A stretch of 64,000 nucleotides of DNA from Candidatus Rokuibacteriota bacterium (GCA_016184365.1 JACPCW010000075.1:81617-145616), one strand, 5' to 3'; shown: positions 28,415-37,599, counted from the stretch's first letter. Numbers and translations are program-made. The notes: generated by a model from the letters alone, not told the origin.

Positions 28415-29152
28415 GTGGGCCAGCCCGTCGGCGTCCTCGTCGCGTTCACCGCGGGACTCTTCTCGTTCCTGTCGCCGTGCGTGCTCCCGCTGTTCCCGTC
28501 CTATCTCTCGTTCGTGACCGGCATGTCGGTGTCGGATCTGTCCGCCGACCTCACGAGCGCGACGCGCCGCCGGGTCGTGCTGCACTCGCTCGCGTTCATC
28601 TTCGGCTTCTCGGTCGTCTTCGTGTCGCTCGGCGCGTCGTTCAGCGTCGCCGGACAGTTCCTGCTCGACTACCGCGAGTGGATCCGACGCATCGGCGGCA
28701 TCCTGATCATCGTCTTCGGTCTCTACATCGCCGGAGTCCTCAGAATCGGATTCCTCGCCCGTACGCAGCAGTGGCAGCTGCGCGAGAAGCCCGCGGGCTA
28801 CCTCGGCTCGCTCGCCGTCGGCCTCACGTTCGCGATCGGCTGGACGCCGTGTGTCGGACCGATCCTCGGCGCGATCCTATCGCTCGCGAGCACCGCCGAC
28901 AACGTCGGCCGCGGCATCGGGCTGCTCATCGCGTATTCCGCGGGACTCGGCGTGCCGTTCCTGCTGTCGTCGCTCGCGCTCGGGTCGTTCCTGAAGTTCT
29001 TCCGCCGGTACCGGCCGTTCATCCCGATCGTGGAGCGCGGCGCGGGCGTGCTGCTCGTGATCGTCGGCGTGCTCGTCTTCACGAACTACTACCTCGTGCT
29101 GAACGCCTGGGCGATCTCGTTGACGCCCGAGTGGCTGCTGAAGCGTCTGTGA
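28415..29152 (+). CDS. ccdA: cytochrome c-type biogenesis protein CcdA (DsbD-like electron transporter)
   Basis: FLSPCVLPLFP…GWTPCVGPILG, the two conserved Cys motifs. GTG start 2 nt after the tlpA stop. Confidence 0.8.
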   Translation: MGQPVGVLVAFTAGLFSFLSPCVLPLFPSYLSFVTGMSVSDLSADLTSATRRRVVLHSLAFIFGFSVVFVSLGASFSVAGQFLLDYREWIRRIGGILIIVFGLYIAGVLRIGFLARTQQWQLREKPAGYLGSLAVGLTFAIGWTPCVGPILGAILSLASTADNVGRGIGLLIAYSAGLGVPFLLSSLALGSFLKFFRRYRPFIPIVERGAGVLLVIVGVLVFTNYYLVLNAWAISLTPEWLLKRL

Positions 29153-29174
29153 TCAGCAGCGCGACGGCGAGGAG

Positions 29175-29287
29175 CGTCCCGGGTCGAGACGGGCCCGGGG
29201 TTTCCCCGGGACCGTCGAGCGATCGGGGGTCGAGGGGGCCCTTCGAGGCCCCCTCGATGATCGGACGGGCCATGTCGGGGCCCCCCA
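29175..29287 (+). repeat. composite palindromic repeat carrying the REP core (gggccatgtcggggcccccca) plus two extra perfect hairpins
   Basis: cccggggtttccccggg and tcgagggggcccttcgaggccccctcga precede the core hairpin. Confidence 0.5.
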
Positions 29288-29288
29288 C

Positions 29289-30188
29289 GTGATGATTCAC
29301 GTCCGTATTCCGGCGACGAGCGCGAATCTCGGGCCGGGATTCGACGCCCTCGGTCTGGCCCTCGCGCTCTACAACGAGGTCGAGGCGCGCGACGCCGATG
29401 CCGTGAGCGTCGCGATCGAAGGCCACGGCGCCGGCGACCTCGCGACGGACGCGCGCAACGTCGTCGTGCGCGGCGTGCGGCTCGCGCACGAGGCGGCGGG
29501 CCGCCCGTTCAAGGGCGTGGCGCTCCGATGCGTGAACCGCATTCCGGCGTCGCGGGGGCTCGGGTCGAGCGCGGCGGCGTGGGTCGGCGGCCTGGTCGCC
29601 GGCAACGCGCTCCTCGGCGGAACGCTCGACCGCGACGCGCTGCTGGCGCTCGCGACACGAAGCGAAGGTCACCCGGACAACGTCGCCGCGGCGCTCCACG
29701 GTGGACTCACCGTGTCGTGCCTCGAGGGCGACGCCGTGCGCGCGATCGCGTTGCCGGTGCCGCCGGCGCTCACGTGGGTCGCGCTGATTCCCGAAGTGCG
29801 GAGCGCGACGGCGGAGGCGCGCGCGGTGCTGCCGGCCACCGTTCCGCGCAGCGACGCGATCTTCAACGTGCAGCGTGTCGCGCTGCTGCTCGCGTCCTTG
29901 AGCGCCGGCCGGTTCGAGATGCTCGCGACGGCGCTCGACGACCGGCTGCACCAGCCATATCGGCTGAAGCTCTTTCCGTGGATGCCCGCGGTGGCCGACG
30001 CGGCGCGCGCGGCCGGCGCGGCCGGCTGCGTGCTGAGCGGCGCGGGACCATCGCTGCTCGCCGTGGTTGCCGGCGACGGCACCGCCGTGGCCCGCGCGAT
30101 GGAAGCGGCGCTCGGGGCCGCGCGGATCCAGGGCTCGGCGCACGCGTTCGACGTCGACACCGCGGGGGCAACGGTGAGGGAGGTATGA
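29289..30188 (+). CDS. thrB: homoserine kinase
   Basis: IPATSANLGPGFDALGLAL…PASRGLGSSAAA are GHMP-kinase and ThrB motifs. Confidence 0.8.
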   Translation: MMIHVRIPATSANLGPGFDALGLALALYNEVEARDADAVSVAIEGHGAGDLATDARNVVVRGVRLAHEAAGRPFKGVALRCVNRIPASRGLGSSAAAWVGGLVAGNALLGGTLDRDALLALATRSEGHPDNVAAALHGGLTVSCLEGDAVRAIALPVPPALTWVALIPEVRSATAEARAVLPATVPRSDAIFNVQRVALLLASLSAGRFEMLATALDDRLHQPYRLKLFPWMPAVADAARAAGAAGCVLSGAGPSLLAVVAGDGTAVARAMEAALGAARIQGSAHAFDVDTAGATVREV

Positions 30189-31321
30189 CGGCGACGCGCG
30201 GCGTGCTCGCCTACCAGGAGCTCAAGGCGGCGGTCGCGCAGGGCTGGCTCGTGGCCGGCGCGCCGATCGACGAGCGCCAGTTCCAGCCCGCGAGCCTCGA
30301 TCTCCGGCTCGGCCCCGTCGCGTATCAGCTGCGCGCGAGCTTCCTGCCGTTCCGCGAGACGGTCGAGCGTCGGCTCGTCCATCCCGACGCCGTCGACGTG
30401 GACCTCGTGATCGACCGGCTTTCGCTCGACACGGGCGCGACGCTGCAGCGGCGCTCCGTGTATCTCATCCCGCTCATGGAATCGCTCGCGCTGCCGCCCC
30501 ACGTGCGCGGCCGGACGAATCCGAAATCGACGACCGGCCGGCTCGACATCTTCACGCGCGTGATCACCGACGGCACGCCGCGGTTCGACGAGATTCGCGC
30601 CGGCTATCACGGGCCGCTCTATCTCGAGGTGTCGCCGCAGTCGTTCCCCGTGCGCGTGCACGCCGGCCTGTCGCTGAACCAGCTGCGCCTGTCCTCAGGT
30701 ACGGCCGCGATGTCGGACGCCGACCTCGCCGCGCTGTATCGCGAGTCCCCGCTGCTCTACGACGACGACGATCAGCCGGTCCCGCTCGATCGCGTGGCGT
30801 TCAACGACGGGCTCGGCATGGGCGTCGATCTCTCGGGACGGACGAGCGACGGCATCATCGGGTACCGCGCGCAGCCGAATCCGCCCCTCGTCGACCTGGC
30901 GCGCGTGGGCTTCTATGCGGTCGACGAGTTCTGGGAACCGATCAAGCGGCCGGCGCGCGACTCGTACATCCTCGAAGCGGATCGGTTTTACATCCTCGCG
31001 TCGAAGGAACGAATCCGGGTGCCCCCCGATTACGCTGCTGAGATGGTGGTCTACGATGCGGGCGCCGGCGAGATCCGAACGCACTACGCCGGGTTCTTCG
31101 ATCCCGGGTTCGGGTACGGCGACGGCAGCGTGCTGGGCACGAAAATCGTGATGGAGGTGCGTGCGCGCGAGGTGCCGTTCATGCTCTACGACGGTCAGAC
31201 GTCGTTCAAGGTCTGGTTCGAGCGTCTGTCGAGCCGACCCGAGCGCCTGTACGGGGAGGGGCTCGGATCGTCTTATCAATATCAGACGCTCACGCTATCC
31301 AAACAGTTCAAGCGGACGTGA
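30185..31321 (+). CDS. 2'-deoxycytidine 5'-triphosphate deaminase-like protein (long-form dCTP deaminase/dUTPase fold)
   Basis: 378 aa; SLDLRLG…GRTNPKSTTGRLDIFTR. GAGGGAGG RBS and ATGA overlap with thrB. Confidence 0.6.
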   Translation: MTATRGVLAYQELKAAVAQGWLVAGAPIDERQFQPASLDLRLGPVAYQLRASFLPFRETVERRLVHPDAVDVDLVIDRLSLDTGATLQRRSVYLIPLMESLALPPHVRGRTNPKSTTGRLDIFTRVITDGTPRFDEIRAGYHGPLYLEVSPQSFPVRVHAGLSLNQLRLSSGTAAMSDADLAALYRESPLLYDDDDQPVPLDRVAFNDGLGMGVDLSGRTSDGIIGYRAQPNPPLVDLARVGFYAVDEFWEPIKRPARDSYILEADRFYILASKERIRVPPDYAAEMVVYDAGAGEIRTHYAGFFDPGFGYGDGSVLGTKIVMEVRAREVPFMLYDGQTSFKVWFERLSSRPERLYGEGLGSSYQYQTLTLSKQFKRT

Positions 31322-31482
31322 CGGCGTGCCATAACGTCGCGGTATCCCGACATTGCGAACCGGCAACCGTCTTGCACGATGATAGACTTCGGATAGGGGC
31401 GGCAGAACGAAGCCGCGAGGCGAGTCTGTGAGGGTGGCGACAACCGCCGCACCACACGGTCCGGTGCCCGATGGAGGGCAAG

Positions 31483-31683
31483 ATGGCTGAGCAGAAGCGT
31501 AAAGAGACGCGACCCACGAAGCCCGCCGAAGGCGGAGACGCCGCCGCCGGCAACGCCGAGATCGCCAAGAAGGGCAAGAAGATCAAGGAAGACATCGACA
31601 AGCTGCTGGACGAAATCGACGACATCCTCGAGGAGAACGCCGAGGAATTCGTCAAGAGCTACGTCCAGCGAGGTGGCGAGTAG
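31483..31683 (+). CDS. pup: prokaryotic ubiquitin-like protein Pup (C-terminal GGE)
   Basis: …DIDKLLDEIDDILEENAEEFVKSYVQRGGE is near-identical in pattern to the actinobacterial Pup C-terminal half. GGAGGG lies 5 nt before the ATG; an alternative ATG is at 31471. Confidence 0.75.
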   Translation: MAEQKRKETRPTKPAEGGDAAAGNAEIAKKGKKIKEDIDKLLDEIDDILEENAEEFVKSYVQRGGE

Positions 31684-31686
31684 TCG

Positions 31687-31902
31687 ATGCCGATCTACGA
31701 ATATCGTTGCCGCAGCTGTCAGGGTGATTTCGAGAAGTACGTGCACACGACCGGGACGGCCGTCGCCTGTCCGTCCTGCGCGAGCGACAACGTAATGCGC
31801 AAGCTCTCGGTGTTCGGCCTTCGCAGCGACGGCGGCTCCGTCGCGTCCATGCCCATGGGCGGAGGCGGCGGGTGCTGCGGCGGCGGGTGCGGCTGCCACT
31901 GA
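31687..31902 (+). CDS. FmdB-family zinc-ribbon protein
   Basis: MPIYEYRCRSCQGDFE…CPSCAS… with a Gly/Cys-rich tail. Confidence 0.65.
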   Translation: MPIYEYRCRSCQGDFEKYVHTTGTAVACPSCASDNVMRKLSVFGLRSDGGSVASMPMGGGGGCCGGGCGCH

Positions 31903-31928
31903 TCGTCATCGTCGACCGGTGACCGTGT

Positions 31929-31964
31929 CGCCACGGGCCCCCCGCGGGGCCCGTGGCATTTTCA
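31929..31964 (+). terminator. rho-independent terminator after the FmdB-family gene
   Basis: gccacgggcccc-ccgc-ggggcccgtggc hairpin followed by ATTTTC. Confidence 0.5.
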
Positions 31965-32047
31965 GGCGTACAATCCGCCCCGATGGATGGGCGAAGCCGC
32001 AGCACGACGCGTAGCCGCAGGCGGAGCGGGTGCGAGGCGAGTCTGTG

Positions 32048-32965
32048 ATGGACCTGCGCCGACTCGAAATCTTCGCCAAGGTCGCCGAGCTCGGCAGTTT
32101 CTCGCGCGCGGCCGAAGCGCTGTATCTCACGCAGCCGACCGTCTCCGAACACATCCGCGCGCTCGAAGACGAGCTCGGCGTGCAGCTGCTCGACCGGCTC
32201 GGGCGCGGCGCCGCGCCGACGCGCGCCGGCCAGCTCTTCCTCGGCTACGCGCACCGTCTGCTCGGTCTCGCCCGCGAAGCGCGTCAGGCGATCGACCAGT
32301 TCCAGGGCCGCATGAGCGGCGAGCTCGTCGTCGGCGGCAGCACGATTCCCGGTGAGTACGTGCTGCCGGCCCTGATCGGCGAGTTCAAGGGCAAGTACCC
32401 CGACATCCTCATCACGCTGGTGATCGGCGACAGCCGCCAGGTGATCGACTGGGTCGAGGAAGGCCGCGTCGAAGTCGGCGTCGTCGGCGCCCGCCCGACC
32501 GCCCGCACGCTCGAGTCACGGGAGCTCATGTCCGACGAGCTCGTCGTCGTCGTGCCGGCCGCGCACCCGTGGGCCGAGCGGGACGACGTCACGCTCGCCG
32601 AGCTGCAGGAACAGCCGCTCATCGTGCGCGAGCACGGGTCCGGCTCGCGCGACGCGATGGAGCGCGCGCTCGCCGAGGCCGGGCTCGATCTCGACGCGTT
32701 CCGCATCGCCGGCGAGATCGGCTCGACGCAGGCGATCAAGCAGGGCGTGCGCGCCGGCGTCGGTGTCGCGCTCATCTCGAAGCGCGCGGTGGAGGACGAG
32801 TGCCGCGCGCGGCTCCTCCGCTGCGTGAAGATCCGCGATTTCCGGGTGTCGCGCGCGTTCCATCTCGTCACGCATCGCGACCGCAGCCGGTCGCCGCTGG
32901 CGGTCGCGTTCCTCGAGTTCATCGAATCCCGGCTGCCGGGCGCGGCATCCCAATCAGCACGATGA
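32048..32965 (+). CDS. LysR-family transcriptional regulator
   Basis: MDLRRLEIFAKVAELGSFSRAAEALYLTQPTVSEHIRALE is an HTH LysR N-terminus. Confidence 0.8.
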   Translation: MDLRRLEIFAKVAELGSFSRAAEALYLTQPTVSEHIRALEDELGVQLLDRLGRGAAPTRAGQLFLGYAHRLLGLAREARQAIDQFQGRMSGELVVGGSTIPGEYVLPALIGEFKGKYPDILITLVIGDSRQVIDWVEEGRVEVGVVGARPTARTLESRELMSDELVVVVPAAHPWAERDDVTLAELQEQPLIVREHGSGSRDAMERALAEAGLDLDAFRIAGEIGSTQAIKQGVRAGVGVALISKRAVEDECRARLLRCVKIRDFRVSRAFHLVTHRDRSRSPLAVAFLEFIESRLPGAASQSAR

Positions 32966-34020
32966 CGGGAAAGGACATCCGCCTCACGTCGTACGCGTCC
33001 TGCGCCGGCTGAGCGTCCAAGATGGCTCCTGGAGATCTCCAGGAGGTGCTCGCGGTGCTCAAGCCGGCGGACCCCGCCGCGCATGAAGCATTGCTCGTCG
33101 GGCTCGGCCGCGCGGACGACGCGGCGGTGTATCGGCTGGCGCCCGATCTCGCGATCGTCGAAACGGTGGACTTCTTTCCGCCGGTCGTCGACGACGCGTA
33201 CACGTGGGGCGCGATCGCGGCGGCCAACGCGATGTCGGACGTCTACGCGATGGGCGGGCAGGTGCTCTTCGCCCTCGCGATCGCCGGCTTTCCGCGTGAG
33301 CTGCCGAAGGCCGTCATCAGGGAAGTCTTCCGCGGCGGCGCGGAGAAGGTCGCCGAGGCCGGCGGCGTCATCGCCGGCGGTCACACCGTCGTCGACAACG
33401 AGCCGAAGTACGGTCTCTGCGTCACCGGGCGCGTGCATCCCGACCGCGTGCTGACGAAGGGCGGCCTGCGGGCCGGCGACCGGTTGTTCCTGTCGAAGCC
33501 GCTCGGCACGGGGGTCATCACGACGGGCGCGAAGAACGACGTCGCGAGCGCCGACGTCCTCGACGGCGCCGTGCAGAGCATGCTGCGGCTCAACCGCGTG
33601 GCGGCGGAGGTTGCGTGCGAACGCGGCGCGCATGGCGCGACGGACATCACCGGCTTCGGTCTGCTCGGCCATCTCGGCGAGATGGTGGAAGCCTCGGGTG
33701 TCGGCGCCATCATCCGAGCCTCGCGGCTGCCCGTTCTGCCAGGCGCGCTCGCGCTCGCGGAGCAGGGGCAGTTCAGCGGCGGGATGAAACGGAACCGGCG
33801 CCACGTCGATGCGGTGTTCGGTCCGCGGCTCACCGTCGACGCGTCGGTGCCCGAGGTCGTCGCCTCGCTGGCCGCCGAATCCGAGACGTCGGGCGGGCTG
33901 CTGTTTTCCGTCGCGCCCGCCGAAGCGTCACGGGTGCTCGACGACTTCGCGAAACGCGGCGAGGAGTGCTTCGAGATCGGCGAAGTCATCGCCGATCGCG
34001 CCATCCGCCTCCTCGCCTGA
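32962..34020 (+). CDS. selD: selenide, water dikinase (selenophosphate synthetase), Sec-containing form with UGA at codon 17
   Basis: From ATG 32962 the frame reads MTGKDIRLTSYASCAG-TGA-ASK and continues, with no frame change, into ORF 33022..34020, which has a SelD/AIR-synthase-like body. The TGA falls in the conserved Cys/Sec position. ATGA overlap with the lysR stop. Confidence 0.7.
33025..33044 (+). other. candidate SECIS hairpin for selD (perfect palindrome CTCCTGGA-GATC-TCCAGGAG)
   Basis: 8-bp stem and 4-nt GAUC loop, 12 nt downstream of the in-frame UGA. Confidence 0.4.
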
Positions 34021-34077
34021 CGCCTTCCCTTTCGCACAGTCGGGCGCCGGCCTATCAGCAGCGGGGATGAGCATCGG

Positions 34078-34110
34078 GAATCCCGATCGTTCGCAGCGGA
34101 GAATCCCGAT
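34078..34110 (+). promoter_or_regulatory. direct repeat GAATCCCGAT x2 (23-bp spacing) upstream of phnD; candidate response-regulator (Pho-type) box
   Basis: Two identical 10-mers about 60-90 nt upstream of the phnD start. Confidence 0.3.
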
Positions 34111-34166
34111 ACGCTTGGCCCGTATCTAAAGGCACATTGCGCAATCCACTGTCCTGGGGGCATCGA

Positions 34167-35027
34167 ATGCGTCGCCTTCTTGCGCTGGTCCTGGTGTTCT
34201 GTGCGGTCGCAGCTCCGGCCGTCGTCTCCGCGGACAAGCCGGACGTGCTCCGGATCTCCGCCATTCCGGACGAGAACCCGAACGAGCTGATGCGGATCTA
34301 CACGCCGTTCGCCGAGTACCTCGCGAAGGAGCTCGGCATGAAGGTGCAGTTCACGCCTGTCGTCGATTACGCGGCGACCGTCGAAGGGCTCGCCGCGAAG
34401 AAGCTCGACCTCGTGTGGTACGGCGGGTTCACGTCGGTTCAGGCGGTGAAGCGCACGAGCGGCAGCGCGAAGCGGCTCATCCTTCGTCAGGAAGACGCCG
34501 AGTTCAAATCGGTCTTCGTGGCGAAGCCGGGCTCCGGCATCAGGACGCTCGCCGACCTGAAGGGCAAGAGCTTCGCGTTCGGCTCGGTGTCCTCGACGTC
34601 GGGACACCTGATGCCGCGCTACTTCCTGCTGAAGTCCGGTGTCGCGCCCGATCGTGAATTCAAGCGGATCGCGTTCTCCGGCGCGCACGACGCGACGGCG
34701 CTCTGGGTGGAATCCGGAAAGGTGGACGCCGGCGCGCTCAACTTCCTCGTGTGGGAGAAGCTCGTCCAGCAGAAGAAGGTCGACGTCGGCAAGGTCGACG
34801 TGTTCTACACCACGCCGCCGTACGTCGACTACGTCTGGACCGCGCGTGGCGATCTGGACCGCGGCGTTACCGACAAGCTCGTCGCCGCGTTCCTGAAGCT
34901 CGACTACGCGAATGCCGAGCATCGGAGGCTCCTCGACCTCCACCGGACGAAGAAGTACATCCGCGCCAACGATGCCGACTGGAAGAGCATCGAAGAGGCG
35001 GCCGTCGAGGCCGGACTCCTGAAGTAA
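34167..35027 (+). CDS. phnD: phosphonate ABC transporter substrate-binding protein
   Basis: Signal peptide MRRLLALVLVFCAVAAPAVVSA followed by a PhnD-like body (…YGGFTSVQA…SGH…). The ORF reports an in-frame TTG at 34137. Confidence 0.75.
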   Translation: MRRLLALVLVFCAVAAPAVVSADKPDVLRISAIPDENPNELMRIYTPFAEYLAKELGMKVQFTPVVDYAATVEGLAAKKLDLVWYGGFTSVQAVKRTSGSAKRLILRQEDAEFKSVFVAKPGSGIRTLADLKGKSFAFGSVSSTSGHLMPRYFLLKSGVAPDREFKRIAFSGAHDATALWVESGKVDAGALNFLVWEKLVQQKKVDVGKVDVFYTTPPYVDYVWTARGDLDRGVTDKLVAAFLKLDYANAEHRRLLDLHRTKKYIRANDADWKSIEEAAVEAGLLK

Positions 35028-35036
35028 GGGTTCGCG

Positions 35037-35861
35037 GTGTACCGGCTTCGCGAGATCACGAAGGTCTTCGGCCGCGAGACGTCCGCCCTCGACGGCGTCA
35101 CGCTGCACGTGGCCCCGGGCGAGCACGTCGCGGTCATCGGCCCGAGCGGGGCGGGGAAGACCACGCTGTTCCGGCTGCTGAACCTGGCGCTGCGGCCGAC
35201 GTCCGGCTCGCTGCGCTTCGAAGGCGCCGACGTCGCGACCCTGTCCGACGCCGCGCTGCGGCAGGCACGGACGCGCATCGGCACGATCTACCAGCAGCAG
35301 AACCTCGTCGGCCGCCTGCGTGTCGTCCACAACGTGCTCGCCGGCCATCTCGGCCGGTGGTCGACGGCGGCGGCGCTCGCGTCGCTCGTCCGGCCGCGCG
35401 AGGTCGAGACGGCGAGCGCCGCGCTCGCGCGCGTGGGCATCGGCGAGAAGCTCTACGCGCGAACCGACGAGCTCTCCGGCGGCCAGCAGCAGCGGGTCGC
35501 GATCGCGCGGGTGCTCGTGCAGGATCCGGACGTCGTGCTCGCCGACGAGCCGGTGTCGTCGGTCGATCCCTCGCTCGCGGTGACGCTCATCACGCTCCTC
35601 CGCGATCTCTCGGACGAATCGCGGAAGACGCTGCTCGTGAACCTGCACAGCGTCGACCTGGCGCTGTCGTTCTTCCCTCGCATCGTCGGGGTGCGCGCCG
35701 GCCGTGTCGCGTTCGATCTCCCGCCGGACCGCGTCACGGTGGATCTGCTCGAAGCGCTGTATGCCGGCGATCGCGACGACGAGGCGCAGCTCGAACGCCT
35801 GAGAGATGGCTACGATCCCTTCGGACGCGCCTGTCGCCCGCTCACTGGCTTCCGACCGTAA
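35037..35861 (+). CDS. phnC: phosphonate ABC transporter ATP-binding protein
   Basis: Walker A GPSGAGKTT, signature LSGGQQQRV, Walker B VVLADEP. Confidence 0.8.
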   Translation: MYRLREITKVFGRETSALDGVTLHVAPGEHVAVIGPSGAGKTTLFRLLNLALRPTSGSLRFEGADVATLSDAALRQARTRIGTIYQQQNLVGRLRVVHNVLAGHLGRWSTAAALASLVRPREVETASAALARVGIGEKLYARTDELSGGQQQRVAIARVLVQDPDVVLADEPVSSVDPSLAVTLITLLRDLSDESRKTLLVNLHSVDLALSFFPRIVGVRAGRVAFDLPPDRVTVDLLEALYAGDRDDEAQLERLRDGYDPFGRACRPLTGFRP

Positions 35862-36672
35862 GTCGGGTTTTCCCTGGCTGCTCGCGGTTGCGTTCGCGCT
35901 GACGCTCGTCGGCTCGCTGCGCGTCGCGGAGGTCGATCCGCGGCTGCTCGTCGAGCGTGACGCGCTCGCCAACGTCGGCCGGTTCGTGGCCGGCGCGTGG
36001 CCGCCGCGCGTCTCCGCCGAGTTCCTCGGTCTCATGGCGCGTCCCGTCGCCGAGACGATCCAGATCTCCGTCACCGGAACGCTCTTCGCCGTCCTGATCG
36101 GGTTCCCGCTCGGGATCCTCGCGACGTCGACGCTCATGTGGCGCGGCGTGCTGCACGAGCGCCGCGTGCAGCGCCGGCGCTGGCTGCTCGGGCTGCCGGT
36201 CTACGCGGTCGCGCGCGCCCTGCTGTCGGTGTTCCGTGCGATCCCCGAATACGTCTGGGCCTTCATGTTCGTGCGCGCCGTCGGGCTGGGTCCGTTTCCC
36301 GGGGTCCTCGCGATCGGCATCGCGTACGGCGGCATGCTCGGCAAGGTCTATTCCGAGATTCTCGAGAGCGTCGACCCGCGACCGCTCGAGACGTTGCAGG
36401 CCGCGGGCGCCTCGCGCATGGCCGTCGTGTTCTATGGCCTCGTCCCGCAGGCGCTGCCGACGTTCGTGTCGTACACGCTGTACCGCTGGGAGTGCGCGAT
36501 CCGTGCCTCGGCGATCCTCGGCTTCGTCGGCGCCGGCGGGCTCGGGCAGCAGATCGAGCTGTCGATGCGGATGTTCCAGTTCGACGAGGTCCTGACGCTG
36601 CTCGCGACGCTCTTCGTCCTGGTCGCGCTCGTGGATTTCATCAGCGGTCGCCTGCGCGCGAGGCTCCTGTGA
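35806..36672 (+). CDS. phnE: phosphonate ABC transporter permease
   Basis: PhnE-like membrane protein. The start is uncertain because it overlaps the phnC 3' end. Confidence 0.7.
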   Translation: MATIPSDAPVARSLASDRKSGFPWLLAVAFALTLVGSLRVAEVDPRLLVERDALANVGRFVAGAWPPRVSAEFLGLMARPVAETIQISVTGTLFAVLIGFPLGILATSTLMWRGVLHERRVQRRRWLLGLPVYAVARALLSVFRAIPEYVWAFMFVRAVGLGPFPGVLAIGIAYGGMLGKVYSEILESVDPRPLETLQAAGASRMAVVFYGLVPQALPTFVSYTLYRWECAIRASAILGFVGAGGLGQQIELSMRMFQFDEVLTLLATLFVLVALVDFISGRLRARLL

Positions 36673-37523
36673 GTCGCCCGCCGGCCGCGATGACCGTCCG
36701 CCCGGCGCGCGCGCCGGCGTCGTGGGCCATCGCCGCCGCCGCCGTGGCGCTCGTCGTCTGGTCCGCGCATGGCGCGGGCGTCGACTTCGTCACGCTGTTC
36801 GGCGGCGAAGCCATCCGACAGATCGGGCTGTATGTCGCCAGGCTGTTCCCGCCGGATCTCTCGCCCGTCGCGCTGCGCGCGGCGGCGGTCGGCGCGGTCG
36901 AGACGTTTGCGATCTCGTTCGTCGGCTCGCTGCTGTCCGTCATGATCGCGCTGCCGCTCGCGATCGCGACGATGCGGACGCTGCTCTATCGCGGCGCGCT
37001 CTACGAAGGCCAGCAGCTCCATGCGTCACGGCGGCTGGCCGGCGTCGCGGTGTACGCGGCCGCGAAGGCGATCCTGAACGTGCTTCGCACGATCCCGGAG
37101 ATCGTCTGGGCGCTCATCTTCGTGTTCATGGTCGGGCTCGGACCGTTCCCCGGGGTCCTGGCACTCGGCCTCCACACGGGCGGGGTGCTCGGCAAACTCT
37201 TCGGCGAAGTGCTCGAAGACGTCGATCCGCGTCCGCTCGAGGCGTTACAGGCGACCGGTGCGACGCGGCGGCAGATCCTGCTCTATGGTGTCCTGCCGCA
37301 GGCGGCCCCGCAGTTCCTGTCCTACGCGCTCTATCGATGGGAAGTGAACATCCGCGCGGCCGCGATCATGGGCTTCGTCGGGGCGGGCGGCCTCGGTTCT
37401 CAGATTCACATCGCGATCAGCCTCTTCCTCGAACAGCAGCTCCTGACGCTGATCCTCGCGGTCTACGTGATCGTGACGCTGGTGGACGCGCTGAGCGCGT
37501 GGCTGCGCTCGCGGCTGGTCTGA
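36669..37523 (+). CDS. phnE: phosphonate ABC transporter permease (second)
   Basis: GTGA overlap. Paralogous to the upstream phnE (…GLGPFPGVLA…). Confidence 0.7.
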   Translation: MSRPPAAMTVRPARAPASWAIAAAAVALVVWSAHGAGVDFVTLFGGEAIRQIGLYVARLFPPDLSPVALRAAAVGAVETFAISFVGSLLSVMIALPLAIATMRTLLYRGALYEGQQLHASRRLAGVAVYAAAKAILNVLRTIPEIVWALIFVFMVGLGPFPGVLALGLHTGGVLGKLFGEVLEDVDPRPLEALQATGATRRQILLYGVLPQAAPQFLSYALYRWEVNIRAAAIMGFVGAGGLGSQIHIAISLFLEQQLLTLILAVYVIVTLVDALSAWLRSRLV

Positions 37524-37530
37524 TCGAGGC

Positions 37531-37596
37531 GCGCCACGGCTTCGCCGGGGCGCGTCCGAGCGTCCGGGGGGTATGGGGGCCATATCGGGGCCCCCA
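37531..37596 (+). repeat. REP/MITE-like palindromic element, copy 4 (core variant ccatAtcg)
   Basis: gcgccacggcttcgccggggcgcgtccgagcgtccggggggtatgggggccatatcggggccccca. Confidence 0.6.
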
Positions 37597-37599
37597 TGT

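Noticed and set aside
32921-32935. tRNA-like T-arm motif (gTTCATCGAATCCcgg)
   Set aside because: It lies inside the LysR coding sequence with no acceptor or anticodon stem around it. No tRNA is present in the window.
33381-36137. 918-aa minus-strand ORF spanning the selD to phnE region
   Set aside because: Antisense to four well-supported plus-strand genes. Its translation is low-complexity and Arg/Ala/Pro-rich, typical of spurious ORFs in 70% GC DNA.
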